From NCBI GenBank assembly GCA_950097015.1, contig CATNEN010000002.1, forward strand, positions 8,122,001 through 8,186,000: a stretch of 64,000 bases of DNA. The letters are read 5' to 3'. A program made the position numbers and the translations under genes. How positions within the stretch are numbered: position 1 is the first letter of the stretch; every line of letters begins with the position of its first letter. The notes beneath the pieces were generated by a model, which saw only the letters and a program-made list of their open reading frames with translations, was not told where the DNA came from and did no database searches. Of this stretch, positions 47,365 through 58,154 are shown one piece after another. Origin of the DNA: Macrostomum hystrix (taxonomy: Eukaryota; Animalia; Platyhelminthes).

Positions 47365-50300
47365 TGTAAGCTGAATAACCCTAAGTCATGTCACGTTAAC
47401 TGACTAACAACGTTAAGGGCCAGTGCCAACAACAGCGGTCTATTTAATAGGCACATACTTGTCTATGGAAGTACTTATGCCTCGGTGGTGAGTAAACACT
47501 GCTAAAGAGAGAGAGACAGCACACGAGGGATAGGAAGAAAGATATCATAGAATGTAACGAGGTCTAAAACATAAAAGTGCAACCGCAAATCCAACACTGC
47601 CCCCCTCAAACAGACAGACAAATATTGTTTGCAATAACAAGCAATTTCATTTAGCAATTACAGTACCCCAAACATGAGTCAAAGCAGCAGCAAGTCGCAG
47701 ATCTCAACACGGCAGTTACTAAACTTTATAACAAACAGGTTTACGAGGGCGCAAAACATAAGAATCATTTTGGTCTTCAGTAGGAACTCTTGGACTCTGC
47801 ACTGAGCTGTTTGCAGAAGCACCGGGTCCCGGCTGCTCCAGGTCAGCGCCCGCGCCGGCGCCAGTGACGGCCCGGCTGCCTTGGTCCTCAGGTCCGGCAG
47901 CCTCGGTCGGTCTCCGCTCAGCGTCGGTCTCCGGCCTGCTGCTCCACTGGTTCACGTGGGCCATCCGCAGTCCTCCGTCAGGCAGGTCGGCCGCAGCCAC
48001 CAGCGCGGTGTTCTGACCATGTTGGACAACAAACTTGGCCGGAATCGGAGCGGTGCCGGGTCGATTCCGCAGCCAGATGGAGTCGCCCACCTGCTCGGTC
48101 ATGGTCAGCGGATGGCGGAGGCGGCGGCCCCACATGAGCTGGTCCGGAGAGTCCGAGCGGTTCCCGCTGGGCCTGCTGGTGCGAATAGTCAGGAGAAGCT
48201 TCTGCAGAAATTGGTCGAATGGCACCACCTTGGTCCACGTCTTCAACCCGCCTTTCAGACTTCTCACCAGCCGCTCAGCCTGTCCGTTAGACTGCGGATG
48301 ATAGGGCGGGGTGTGTACCTTCTTGCACCCGACGCTGCTCAACCACTGCGACACTCTCTCCGACTTGAACTCCGGAGCATTGTCCGACACCAGCGTCCGC
48401 GGCACTCCGTTCCGGGCGAACACCGCCCTCAGCACCCGCAGCACCGAACCCGCAGACCTGTCAGGAACCTGAATCGCTTCCGGCCAGCCCGAGTAAGCAT
48501 CAGACATTAGCAGCAGCAGACCCACCCCGGGCACCTCGCAGTGGTCCATGTGCACTCGGGACCACGGTTCACTCTCTGGTGGCCAACAGTCAATCTTCCT
48601 CTGGACAACTGGTCGCTTCTCTGAGCACAGCTGGCACCGCTCAACAAACTGACGCACCTCGCGGTCCAATCTAGGCCACCAGAACTCTCTTGATACATGC
48701 GCCTTGGTGTTCTCCGCACTCGGGTGCACCTCGTCGTGCGCGACCTCCAGGATGCGCCTGCGGAGGATTGTTGGCGGGACCACCCTTGTGCCATGAATGA
48801 CCAGTCCGTTCTCCACCGACAGCGCTTCTCGACAGGCTTTGTACGGCCGCTCCACCTGCGATACCTGGCCCCAGTGGCCTGTCCGGATTCTCTGTTGGAG
48901 TCTCTTCAGCAGCGAGCACTGCGCAGTCGCCTCCCTGAGCTCCTCCACCGTGACCAGTCCTCCATTGGCAGCTAGCTCAACTCGGTGCACCGGCTCGCCT
49001 GCACAGTCCTGCTGCTCAAAACTGAGTCTCGACAGAGCGTCAGCGTCCTGCATCCTCCTTCCCGGCACGTATTCGATGTCGTAGTCATACGCCGACAACC
49101 GAAGTGCCCACCGAGTCAGTCTGGCAGACACAGTCTTAGGCAGATTTTTGCTCGGGTTCAGGATGTACCTTAGGGGTTCGTGGTCGGTTTGGATAGTGAA
49201 CTTCTTCCCCAGCAACATCTTCCTGGCTCGCTCCACGGCCCACACGATCGCCAGCGCTTCCCTTTCGATGTTGGAATAATTAGTCTCCGCCGGCGTGAGC
49301 GCTCTGGACAGGTACATCACCGGATGTCCCGACTGGACCAGCACCCCGCCGAGGCATCTCTCGCTGGCATCCACTCGAAGGCAGACAGGCAAGCGGACGT
49401 CAAACGGCTTGATGCACGGGTTGGAGGCCAGACTTCTCTTGACCTCAAAAAATGCAGTCTCAGCCGCGGCGCTCCACTCGAAAACTCGGTCAGCACGACG
49501 AAGTTCTTGAAGGGGCCGACATTTCTCAGAAAAGTTCGGAACGAGCCGTCCATAAAACTGAGCCAGTCCCAGGAATCGCTCCAAGTCTTTCTTGCTTTTC
49601 GGTGTCTCAACATCCATCACCCGCTTCACCATGCCTGGGTCGGGCTTGATTCCCTCCGCGTCAATCATGTGGCCGAGGAACTTCAAACTACTCGCCTCCA
49701 TGACGCACTTCGCCTCGTTGATCTTCACATTCGCGGCCTTCAGCTTCGCCAGCACCTGCTCCCTGATGCTCTGCAGCTCAGCCTGAGTCACTGCACCAAT
49801 CAGCACATCATCCTGATATACAATGACGCAAGGGTGATCCCCCAGGAGCTTCTCCATCTCTCGTTGAAAAACTGACGGGGACACCTTTATACCGTACGGC
49901 AGCCTGTTGAACCGGTAGCAGCCGAACGGAGTGTTGATGGTTGTCACGGCTTTCGACTCCTCATTCAGCGGGATCTGGTAGTATGCATCCGAGAGATCCA
50001 GCTTACTGAAAAGCTTTTTGTTGGCCATCTTGCAGAAAGCTGTCTCTATGGACGGGGTGAGATAGGTCTGGTCCTGCACCCACTGATTGACTGCTGTGTA
50101 GTCTCCACAGATCCTCACGGATGCTCGGTCCGACTTGACCGTCACCACAATCGGGCTGCCCCACTCCGACGACGTCACCCTCTCCACAATGCCTGCACTC
50201 TCCATCAGGTCCAGCTCCTTCTTAACCAAGTGCTTTAGCGCTAAGGGCAGCTCCCTGGCGGGCTGGAAAATCGGCCTGGCTCCCGCGCGCAGCCGGATTT

Positions 50301-51852
50301 CTCCCGTGGCTCCACAGATCCCCAGCAAGCTCTCATACCTGTTGCTGGCTGCGGACGCAGCTGAGCTGGTATGGTGCACTGGGGTGGGTCCCTGCAGGTC
50401 CCGTCCGAGCAGGCCGAACTCCTGCAGGCAGTCGATGACGGGCAGCTCCGCCGCCTTGAACTGGCCCTTCTTGCCACTGGTCTCCACCAGGCACTCCAGC
50501 ACGCCCAGCTGCCGCATCACGTGACCGTCGTAGGCCAGCATGCGCGACTTCGCCGACTTCAGCGGGGGCCGGCCGAGCTCATCCCAGATTCTTCGGGAGA
50601 CCAGCGAGCAGGAGGCGCCGCTGTCCTTCTCCATCTGCACGTCCCGGTGGTTGATCCTCACCGTGCAGTACTCGGCTGGCCGTCCTTCTCCGCAGTAGAA
50701 CACGGGCTCGTCGCTATTTTCAATCGGCGTGCTGCTCTCTGATCCACTCGGCTCCGCGAAGTGAGCCCTGGCACTTCGGCACACGCGAGAGAAATGACCC
50801 TGCTTTCCGCACTTGTGGCAAGTGGCTTGTAGGGCACGGCAGTCGGCAGGCCTCCTATGTGCTGGCATGCCACAGCGCTGGCAGCTCTTGGACCCGAAGC
50901 TCGGCGGTCTCTGCTTCTCTACTGCGTTCACGCTGGCTGAGCTCTCAGAGTTGCCAGGTTTCGCATCCGCAGCTGGTCCGATGTGCAGCGGGGTGGCCTG
51001 GTGCACCGCGGAGTCCGCTGGCGCCGAGGCCGCAGCAGTCAAGGAAAATGTGCAGACCATCTGCAGCTGCTGCACGTAGTCGGTGATCTGATCAACCGCC
51101 AGCTCCTGGGTCACCTCACGCTCCAGCACCTTGTTCCGGACTTGCTGGTTGGCCAGGCCCGCGATCAGTCGCATCTTGATGAGCTGTTCGGCCGGATCCG
51201 CATCCTTACCCTTCAGCTGGTCAAACTCGCAGACGACGGCTTGCTCCCTCAGGCGGGCAGCGAAGCTGGTGACTGACTCACCGTCGGCCTGGCGCATCGA
51301 CATGAACGACGTCCTCTCGGCAATCAGCAGCTTCTTCTTGGGCTCCAGGAAGAGCAGCAATTTCGCTTTTATATCTGCCCACTTCATCTGTGGGAGGATT
51401 TTCGGAGCAACCAGTTGTTTGACTTTGATGAGCTCCGCCACGCCCAGACTGCCAAGGAACGCATCGGTCAGCGCCAGATTACCGTCTTCGTCTTTGACTC
51501 CCTTCGACCTAGCCTGGGCGTCAAACACTTCCACCCAGGCGCGCAGCTCTTCAATGCTGTTTAGAGGCAGTGCCTCTCTCAGTTTGATGCTCATTTTGTA
51601 TCCTGCTTGCAACGCCAAATTGTAAGCTGAATAACCCTAAGTCATGTCACGTTAACTGACTAACAACGTTAAGGGCCAGTGCCAACAACAGCGGTCTATT
51701 TAATAGGCACATACTTGTCTATGGAAGTACTTATGCCTCGGTGGTGAGTAAACACTGCTAAAGAGAGAGAGACAGCACACGAGGGATAGGAAGAAAGATA
51801 TCATAGAATGTAACGAGGTCTAAAACATAAAAGTGCAACCGCAAATCCAACA
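47365..51852 (-). mobile_element. Complete Ty3/Gypsy LTR retrotransposon
   Basis: 232-bp LTRs TG..CA (47365-47596, 51621-51852; identical by eye), 5-bp TSD CCCGC, PBS TGGCGTTGCAAGCAGGA (tRNA-Ser-like, inferred), PPT GAGGGGGGCAG. Confidence 0.95.
47719..51594 (-). CDS. Single-ORF Gag-Pol (zinc knuckle, PR, RT, RH, integrase)
   Basis: CHKCGKQGHFSRVC, KDSGAS, YQDD, VDAS, H..H..C..C, SDNAPEF..SNGQAE. First ATG is at 51594; the track start overlaps the PBS. Confidence 0.95.
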   Translation of the reverse strand: MSIKLREALPLNSIEELRAWVEVFDAQARSKGVKDEDGNLALTDAFLGSLGVAELIKVKQLVAPKILPQMKWADIKAKLLLFLEPKKKLLIAERTSFMSMRQADGESVTSFAARLREQAVVCEFDQLKGKDADPAEQLIKMRLIAGLANQQVRNKVLEREVTQELAVDQITDYVQQLQMVCTFSLTAAASAPADSAVHQATPLHIGPAADAKPGNSESSASVNAVEKQRPPSFGSKSCQRCGMPAHRRPADCRALQATCHKCGKQGHFSRVCRSARAHFAEPSGSESSTPIENSDEPVFYCGEGRPAEYCTVRINHRDVQMEKDSGASCSLVSRRIWDELGRPPLKSAKSRMLAYDGHVMRQLGVLECLVETSGKKGQFKAAELPVIDCLQEFGLLGRDLQGPTPVHHTSSAASAASNRYESLLGICGATGEIRLRAGARPIFQPARELPLALKHLVKKELDLMESAGIVERVTSSEWGSPIVVTVKSDRASVRICGDYTAVNQWVQDQTYLTPSIETAFCKMANKKLFSKLDLSDAYYQIPLNEESKAVTTINTPFGCYRFNRLPYGIKVSPSVFQREMEKLLGDHPCVIVYQDDVLIGAVTQAELQSIREQVLAKLKAANVKINEAKCVMEASSLKFLGHMIDAEGIKPDPGMVKRVMDVETPKSKKDLERFLGLAQFYGRLVPNFSEKCRPLQELRRADRVFEWSAAAETAFFEVKRSLASNPCIKPFDVRLPVCLRVDASERCLGGVLVQSGHPVMYLSRALTPAETNYSNIEREALAIVWAVERARKMLLGKKFTIQTDHEPLRYILNPSKNLPKTVSARLTRWALRLSAYDYDIEYVPGRRMQDADALSRLSFEQQDCAGEPVHRVELAANGGLVTVEELREATAQCSLLKRLQQRIRTGHWGQVSQVERPYKACREALSVENGLVIHGTRVVPPTILRRRILEVAHDEVHPSAENTKAHVSREFWWPRLDREVRQFVERCQLCSEKRPVVQRKIDCWPPESEPWSRVHMDHCEVPGVGLLLLMSDAYSGWPEAIQVPDRSAGSVLRVLRAVFARNGVPRTLVSDNAPEFKSERVSQWLSSVGCKKVHTPPYHPQSNGQAERLVRSLKGGLKTWTKVVPFDQFLQKLLLTIRTSRPSGNRSDSPDQLMWGRRLRHPLTMTEQVGDSIWLRNRPGTAPIPAKFVVQHGQNTALVAAADLPDGGLRMAHVNQWSSRPETDAERRPTEAAGPEDQGSRAVTGAGAGADLEQPGPGASANSSVQSPRVPTEDQNDSYVLRPRKPVCYKV

Positions 51853-54608
51853 CCCGCCAATGACTGAAATTTCGATTTGGTCAATTTTCGAATAAGTATT
51901 GCTCTTTGACAAGTTAGGTAGCCGCTCAGAGCCCAAGTTGGCACCCAATAGACAATCTCGGTGGACTCAACCGGAATCTATAGAGCATCGCCAGGCCTTT
52001 CGAACGACACCAAAATCAGTTCCCGGGGACCTCGGGAACTGTCTCGAATCGGCCCGAGAAGGATGTAGGAAGCATTGTACATATACGCAAGAGTATTATA
52101 ATGACACGCACTATTTTGTCATTCCTTAGCGCTGAACAAAAACTTTTTGACCATAGACCATTTTTTCATATGCTGTGTTATGATGTGGAGTGTGCTGCGG
52201 GAATCGAGTGGGAGTGTGAGCCAGCATAATTTTTCGAATTTTTAAGTAACTAATAATTGCGACCCACATAGCAGCTGGCCACAAAACAAGATCATTAATC
52301 TTAGGGCCGGGTTTGAGGCGGCGGTGAATCAAGTAGCTGTCGAATCCTCTCTCTCCGGAGTTGTCTAGACTCCCCGTAGGAATGACTGATCGCGGCCATA
52401 ATGTTACTGTATGAACTAGTTTAGGTCATAATTCCCCTCCAAACCGCGATCAGATATAGGGGCTCACTCGCGCGTTATGAGTGATCATTAAATTCTTCAT
52501 GTCCCCTCTTCTTTACAGTATTCGAGCCCAGCTCGACTTTATGACCTCCCTCCTTTAGATACATGTAAATGTCACTGTAGGCAGGTCGGCGCCTGCGCTT
52601 CCCATTGTCCCGGCGGAGTAACAATCGCTGGCTGACTGCCGACGGCTGTTCGCGCAGAACATCTGTCGTTTCCCGCCGCCGGTTCATTGGGCAATTGGGG
52701 CGGCAATCGCCGCTTCAATTCCTCGTTGACAGGCGGGCGCGAATGTGGGTTGCTTTGATGGATGTCGGGGTTGGCGTGCTGCAAGGCCTATTTAAGCAAG
52801 CGCGCTGCGCTGCTCCCTCTAGGACCTTTTTCCCCCGCCGGCTCTTCCCCTTCTCCCCTGCCGGACTTACCTAAGCCGGGCCGGACTCCCACCGGACCCA
52901 GAGCACTATTTCCGACCACGTAGGGCTTAGACCCTTGAGCCTTGAGCTCCGAGCAGATAAGCACAGGCCAATTGCCTGTTCCCATTCCCTAAGCGCAAGC
53001 CACCTCTTAGGTGAGCTCTAAATTGAGCCTTTGAGCTCCAAGCGTGTTGGCCCCCTGCCGACTCGCAGCATCTTTCCCTTCCCGGCTTTTACTATCTTAC
53101 CCCATCCTCTTCCCCGAGAACAACGGGATTGCAGCACGCGGCCGAAGCGTCCAGATAAGTAATCCGCGCAGCGGTTTGCAATTATTGCTCCTAAGGGGCT
53201 TTCTATTAGTTTAGGCGGCATTTAGTGGGAGGGGAGTTCGGAATTGTTTCAGCCTAATAAAACCACTTAATCTAAAGCACCTTTAACTTATTGGGCTAAT
53301 TTTTAACATCAACCTAATTTTTACTATGTCTCCTTTTCACCTTTATTTTCTCATTAGTCAGCCCTCTACCATGAGTGGCTAATCTATTAGGGGAATGGGC
53401 TCTGGCACAGCCGAGCTGAAAGCTGCGGCAGGAAGGCAATTGTAAGCGCGCATGAGAGTAATATGGAGCTAGGGATTTGTAAGTAAATGCGGAGGGTAGC
53501 ATGTGCATTTTCCTTTCCAGGGGGTTGGGGGAATCCTTGGCCGGTTTTCCTTCTCCCTCTTGGGTGGGTTCAAGGTACGTGTCGAGCTCCCTTTCCAATG
53601 GAGTTTTCCCGCTGTCCCCCTTTCGCACCTGCGGCCACGGGAACGAGAGTGATGTTCAATTAATCTCACGCTTGCATAATCACTCAGCCAGTGTTCAGCT
53701 TAACCTCTCCTGCCTCTGATTTCCTCAACTCACACAGATTCGGATTTGCTAGTCATCTAATGCGTAGGCTGTAGCCTAATGTACAGAATGTGTCTAATGT
53801 CTCATGAGTAGGATTCTGGCTATGGATTTCTCTTTCGGGTTCTGAGTACCACCTTTCTAGACCACTGTAGCGCAAATTCAGGAATCCCCTGGTGAGGCGT
53901 GTCTCGATCCATTCTGGGGTCTTCACCCTAGTCTAAAACGGAAGTTACAGAAGGCTCTATTTTTTCGGCTTGTCTAAGATCTGTGTGACAAACTAGGAGC
54001 CGCGAGCTCCGGGGACCCAAGTTCCCAAATGTCTGCGGTGGCAACGTAGGCGCATTGGGTGGTGGCGCTACCCTAGATCATTTTCCGCTTTGCCGATAGC
54101 CTTTCCGCATTTCTAAGACAAGAGCCTAGGCCGAGTCGACCACTGCTACCGAGTTTAGGGGTCAGTTACGAACATGCTACTGATGACAGTAGGCTACATA
54201 GCCCTGTCCTATCCGTCTGCGGGTAGTCCGACATCTATTTAGACTTTTAGCCGGTTTCGAGCACTGCTTGGGGTAGGCACGGCAGTCATGCCTGTGGCCT
54301 ATGGGTTGAGTGGGACTGGCCAGCCTGAGGCCGAGAGGACCACTCCCTGCATCCACTGTCTCTCCCTTCATCTCCCCCTTCATCCCTCTTTCCGCGGCAA
54401 CTCGCGAGACTTTGCGGTACGACGTCTGACTCTATCGCCATCCCCACACTCCCTTTCCTTCACGAGGACAGATCATCGGATTGCAAACCCGCAGCTATTT
54501 CAGTTATATTTATTATAACTTTATAGCGAGACAACTTGAAAACATGATAATAAACAATAAAACAAAGTGTCTAGCCATATTGCAATCCTAAGGATGACAA
54601 TTAGAGCA

Positions 54609-55994
54609 TCACTTCGTAAAGTTAATAGTGCAGTGATGGAATGAGCAACCGGCAAACATGCTCGGTGTCCTATCGAACATATCATCCTTCTGTCCATGTG
54701 TAGCATCAGCGTACACACTCGTTAGTGTAGAGATCGCAGTCTCCGCTTCGCCCTTCCGCTTAAGAGCCCTGCTGACTGTCATGGACACATTCCGGACAGT
54801 GCGTTCACGCTGCCTAGACAAGTAGCGGCGTACAGTCCTGTCAGACTTTTGGCCAGTAATAGTCATAATATCGTTCAAAGAATGACCATTATCGCGCAAG
54901 TCAGCGATCCTTGTAACGCGAATGCAGTGATTACTATACACTTTACTCAAGTTGCATAGACGACTCACCCTCTGCATGAAATTCGCCAGCCAGTTGACTC
55001 CGCGCACCTGATTCGTAGAAAAACGGGGCCTGCCTTCTGAATCGTTCAAAAGAGGCTTCGGAAAAAAGCTGCCGTTTTTCACCCCTGTAGGTAAAGACCT
55101 CTCATACAGAGCAATCAGTTCACGATGCTCTCCATAGATGCGCGCCTGCTTCGCTCTGTCGTCTTTACACTTGGCTGGGTCACTCGATTGGTTCTTAGTT
55201 GGAAGTGGTGGTAGTTCATAGTACTCATGTCCGTCGGAGTCGATACCAGCAACCAAAGCTCCCTGCTGTTTCAAATACTTAAGGTGTTCTTGTCCTCTTT
55301 CCCCAAGAATATAGAGAATGGTGAATACCACCTCGTCCTGTAAGCGTTCGGCTGTGGTTCTATCAAAGTATGCCTTGACTTTTTCCAGATCTGCTTCCTC
55401 GATCGGTAGAAACTGCTTAGTTGTTCCACCTGAATTATGAAATTCGCGTACCTTAACACGCAACATCCGATTTGAGCTAACGAAGTCTTCTCCAGACACG
55501 ATATTAAGCGGACGCTTTAGGATCATGCTGAAGTACCTTTGGATCCCAGCCCTCCAGCATACCAAGCTAGAGGGGGCATACAAACTACCATCAGTCTTCT
55601 TAAGTGTATAGTAGAAAAAGCGCAGATATTCGTTCAGCATTGCCACTGGCATCTCTTGGGGGCTTTGAATGGATCGCGTCTCCAAAAATTTCATAAATGC
55701 TTCGCCAGCCTTGTTCATTTGTTCTCTCGAGCTTCGAGGAAGAGACGACAATTCAACGGCATCTAAATCAATGTCACCGAAACCAGCTGTTAGTTCAGGT
55801 AATTCAGGAAGGTTGTCTCCAGTCGTAAAACCTTCGTCCGAACTGGTCAATGCATCGATAAAGTTTCGCAGTTCGTCATCAGCACTCCAGTCAGCAGCGG
55901 AAAGTGAACTAAAAAATTGAAGCTCATCGTGCGTCACTCCATCAAGTGAATCCACCGGCAAGTTCCTCCAATTAATAAAATGATGTGTAGCCAT
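54609..55994 (-). CDS. Crypton-type tyrosine recombinase (DUF3504-like), intronless, 461 aa
   Basis: F..LKK.DG..Y..SSL...RAGIQRY, LGERG (Arg I), TKNQ (Lys), NHCIR (HxxR), TGQKS (His position is Gln), RRY (Tyr). Confidence 0.88.
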   Translation of the reverse strand: MATHHFINWRNLPVDSLDGVTHDELQFFSSLSAADWSADDELRNFIDALTSSDEGFTTGDNLPELPELTAGFGDIDLDAVELSSLPRSSREQMNKAGEAFMKFLETRSIQSPQEMPVAMLNEYLRFFYYTLKKTDGSLYAPSSLVCWRAGIQRYFSMILKRPLNIVSGEDFVSSNRMLRVKVREFHNSGGTTKQFLPIEEADLEKVKAYFDRTTAERLQDEVVFTILYILGERGQEHLKYLKQQGALVAGIDSDGHEYYELPPLPTKNQSSDPAKCKDDRAKQARIYGEHRELIALYERSLPTGVKNGSFFPKPLLNDSEGRPRFSTNQVRGVNWLANFMQRVSRLCNLSKVYSNHCIRVTRIADLRDNGHSLNDIMTITGQKSDRTVRRYLSRQRERTVRNVSMTVSRALKRKGEAETAISTLTSVYADATHGQKDDMFDRTPSMFAGCSFHHCTINFTK

Positions 55995-56203
55995 AAGATA
56001 TTGACTAAGTGAAATTGATATTTTGCGGCTGTAAATTTTCTTTCCTGTCTATCGCTTTTTTAACAGATGCTGGAATGGCACTTTTCAGTCGCGTCAAGGC
56101 CTAAATCTTTGTCTATGGCCCACTGCAGCAAAGCCTGAAAGTTTGTCTATGGTCGATTGGTTGCCTAATTTTAGTAGCATTAAGTAATGCAGATCTAGTA
56201 GGC

Positions 56204-56242
56204 TGAGTTAAGCAATGACAAAATTTGTCATTGCTTAACTCA
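56204..56242. repeat. Perfect palindrome upstream of the recombinase
   Basis: TGAGTTAAGCAATGACAAA-a-TTTGTCATTGCTTAACTCA. Confidence 0.9.
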
Positions 56243-56288
56243 AATAAATTATTATAATTGGCTACTGGTATGCTATATATACAATGCA

Positions 56289-56390
56289 ATTATATAGTAT
56301 GTTACAGCGTTAAATAATGGCCATAGACACTCGTGCGCTTCGCGCACTCGTGTTATGGCCATTATTTAACTCCGTAACATACTATATAAT
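56289..56390. repeat. ~100-bp near-perfect palindrome (probable element end)
   Basis: ATTATATAGTATGTTAC..GTTAAATAATGGCCATA..GTGCGC-TTC-GCGCAC..TATGGCCATTATTTAAC..GTAACATACTATATAAT. Confidence 0.88.
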
Positions 56391-56393
56391 CTA

Positions 56394-56630
56394 CCATTGC
56401 TCTTTGACAAGTTAGGTAGCCGCTCAGAGCCCAAGTTGGCACCCAATAGACAATCTCGGGGGACTCAACCGGAATCTATAGAGCATCGCCAGGCCTTTCG
56501 AACGACACCAAAATCAGTTCCCGGGACCTCGGGAACTGTCTCGAATCGGCCCGAGAAGGATGTAGGAAGCATTGACTTTATGGAAAGTCAAGGACATTGA
56601 CTGATAACAAGTCAAACTCATAAAATTCTA
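56394..56630 (+). repeat. ~385-bp repeat fragment
   Basis: Starts 4 bp after the end of the palindrome. Confidence 0.9.
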
Positions 56631-57409
56631 ACAATAGTTCTGGCCGAAGGTCAGATTTTTTCCATAAGCGCTGGTGTATTTCATACACCCTCTGCACGAA
56701 TTTGCACTGCGCCTCAGTGCGACCTTGCCAGGCCTTCAAAATTTATCAGCAACGTCATCCGAATGTGCCTGCATCATCTCCGTCTTCGGTGGTCACCTAC
56801 CTTTATCTAGACGGACTACTGGACCTTCAAGGGCTACAACAGGTGGAAATAGGCCATTTGGGCAACCATTTGGCCATAGACGAGAATTTCTCCAATTTCA
56901 CTGATCAAGCCTAACCACAGTACACCCTCGCCTAGTCTGGTAAGTCCTACTGTTAAATATAATATTTGTGAGTTTAGTAAAGCCCCAGATAGGCAACAAA
57001 GTCTTAATAAGATATCGTAATGCCATATTTAGTAAATGACACAAACCGCATCACTTTAAGGCCAATCAGAAATGCGATTTGCACAGGAATTTGCCATATA
57101 TTTAGCTAATTATTATCAATCAAGCCTCATCAAGCCAGAAATTTTACTTATAAATTCTGTTAGAAGGGTAGATAGGAGTACAATAATGTACAGGCACTTA
57201 AAAAACATTAAAATGACACAGAAACCAAAAAAGTTTCAAAGCTGACAAAAATAGGTGGGTTATGTAGCACAAAGTGGTACGAGCTAAATAAAATCAGAAC
57301 TTGCGACAGTGAATATTTCACTGCCTGATATGTTATATATAAATACCCTTAAGTAAAAATAGAACTTAAGAAATTAGTTTGTGCACAAAATTCTGAAAAT
57401 CCAAAACTA

Positions 57410-57960
57410 TGGGGATCAGAATACCGGATCAGGGAAATCCTAATGATTTATCTTAGGATCAGAATCCCAAATCAGGGAAATCCCAATGATCTATCTTAGG
57501 ATCAGAATCTTAGATAAGGGAAATCCCAATAATATATCTTAGGATCAGAATCCCAAATCAGGGAAATCTCAATAATCTATCTTAGGATCAGAATTCCAGA
57601 TCAGGGAAATCTCAATAATCTATCTTAGGATCAGAATTCCAGATCAGGGAAATCTCAATAATCTATCTTAGGATCAGAATTCCAGATCAGGGAAATCCAT
57701 TTCGCAGGAAATCCCAATGATCTATCTTAGGATCAGAATCCTAGATAAGGGAAATCCCAATGATTTATCTTAGGATCAGAATCCTAGATAAGGGAAATCC
57801 CAATGATTTATCTTAGGATCAGAATCCTAGATCAGGGAAATACTAGATTCAAACTAAGGATCAGAAACCAAGAATATGCTAATCCTAATTATCGATCTTA
57901 GAATCAAAATCCATATTTAGGTAAATTCCAATTACCAAGTTAGGGATCAGAATCCTAACA
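57410..57960. repeat. ~42-bp minisatellite (GGATCAGAATCCYAGATCAGGGAAATCCCAATGATCTATCTTA)
   Basis: Tandem imperfect copies. Confidence 0.88.
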
Positions 57961-58154
57961 TCAGGAATAATCCTACTTAACAGAATCGAGTTGTTGATAT
58001 TTACAGGGTTAAAGTTTTCATTATTAATAGTAATATTTTCGTTTATATTAAAGTATTATCTACACTTAGATATGAGAGAATGTAGAGAGATGAAATTATT
58101 TGATATGCTAGAAGTGTACATTCAGTAGTTCAACTAATGCCTGTGGTGAAGTCT

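Larger units (their letters stand above)
46914..52075 (+). repeat. Tandem ~385-bp repeat (46914-47364 and 51853-52075) split by the Gypsy insertion
   Basis: Period 384 bp between GGACTGGCGCC motifs; sequence resumes after the LTR. Confidence 0.9.

Noticed and set aside
47881-51625. Many plus-strand ORFs over the Gypsy element
   Set aside because: Antisense shadows of GC-rich gag-pol codons.
54609-55994. Bacterial or phage integrase contamination, or a Starship-like captain mobilising the whole window
   Set aside because: Motifs fit eukaryotic DUF3504/Crypton YRs, and no element boundaries enclosing the host genes can be seen.
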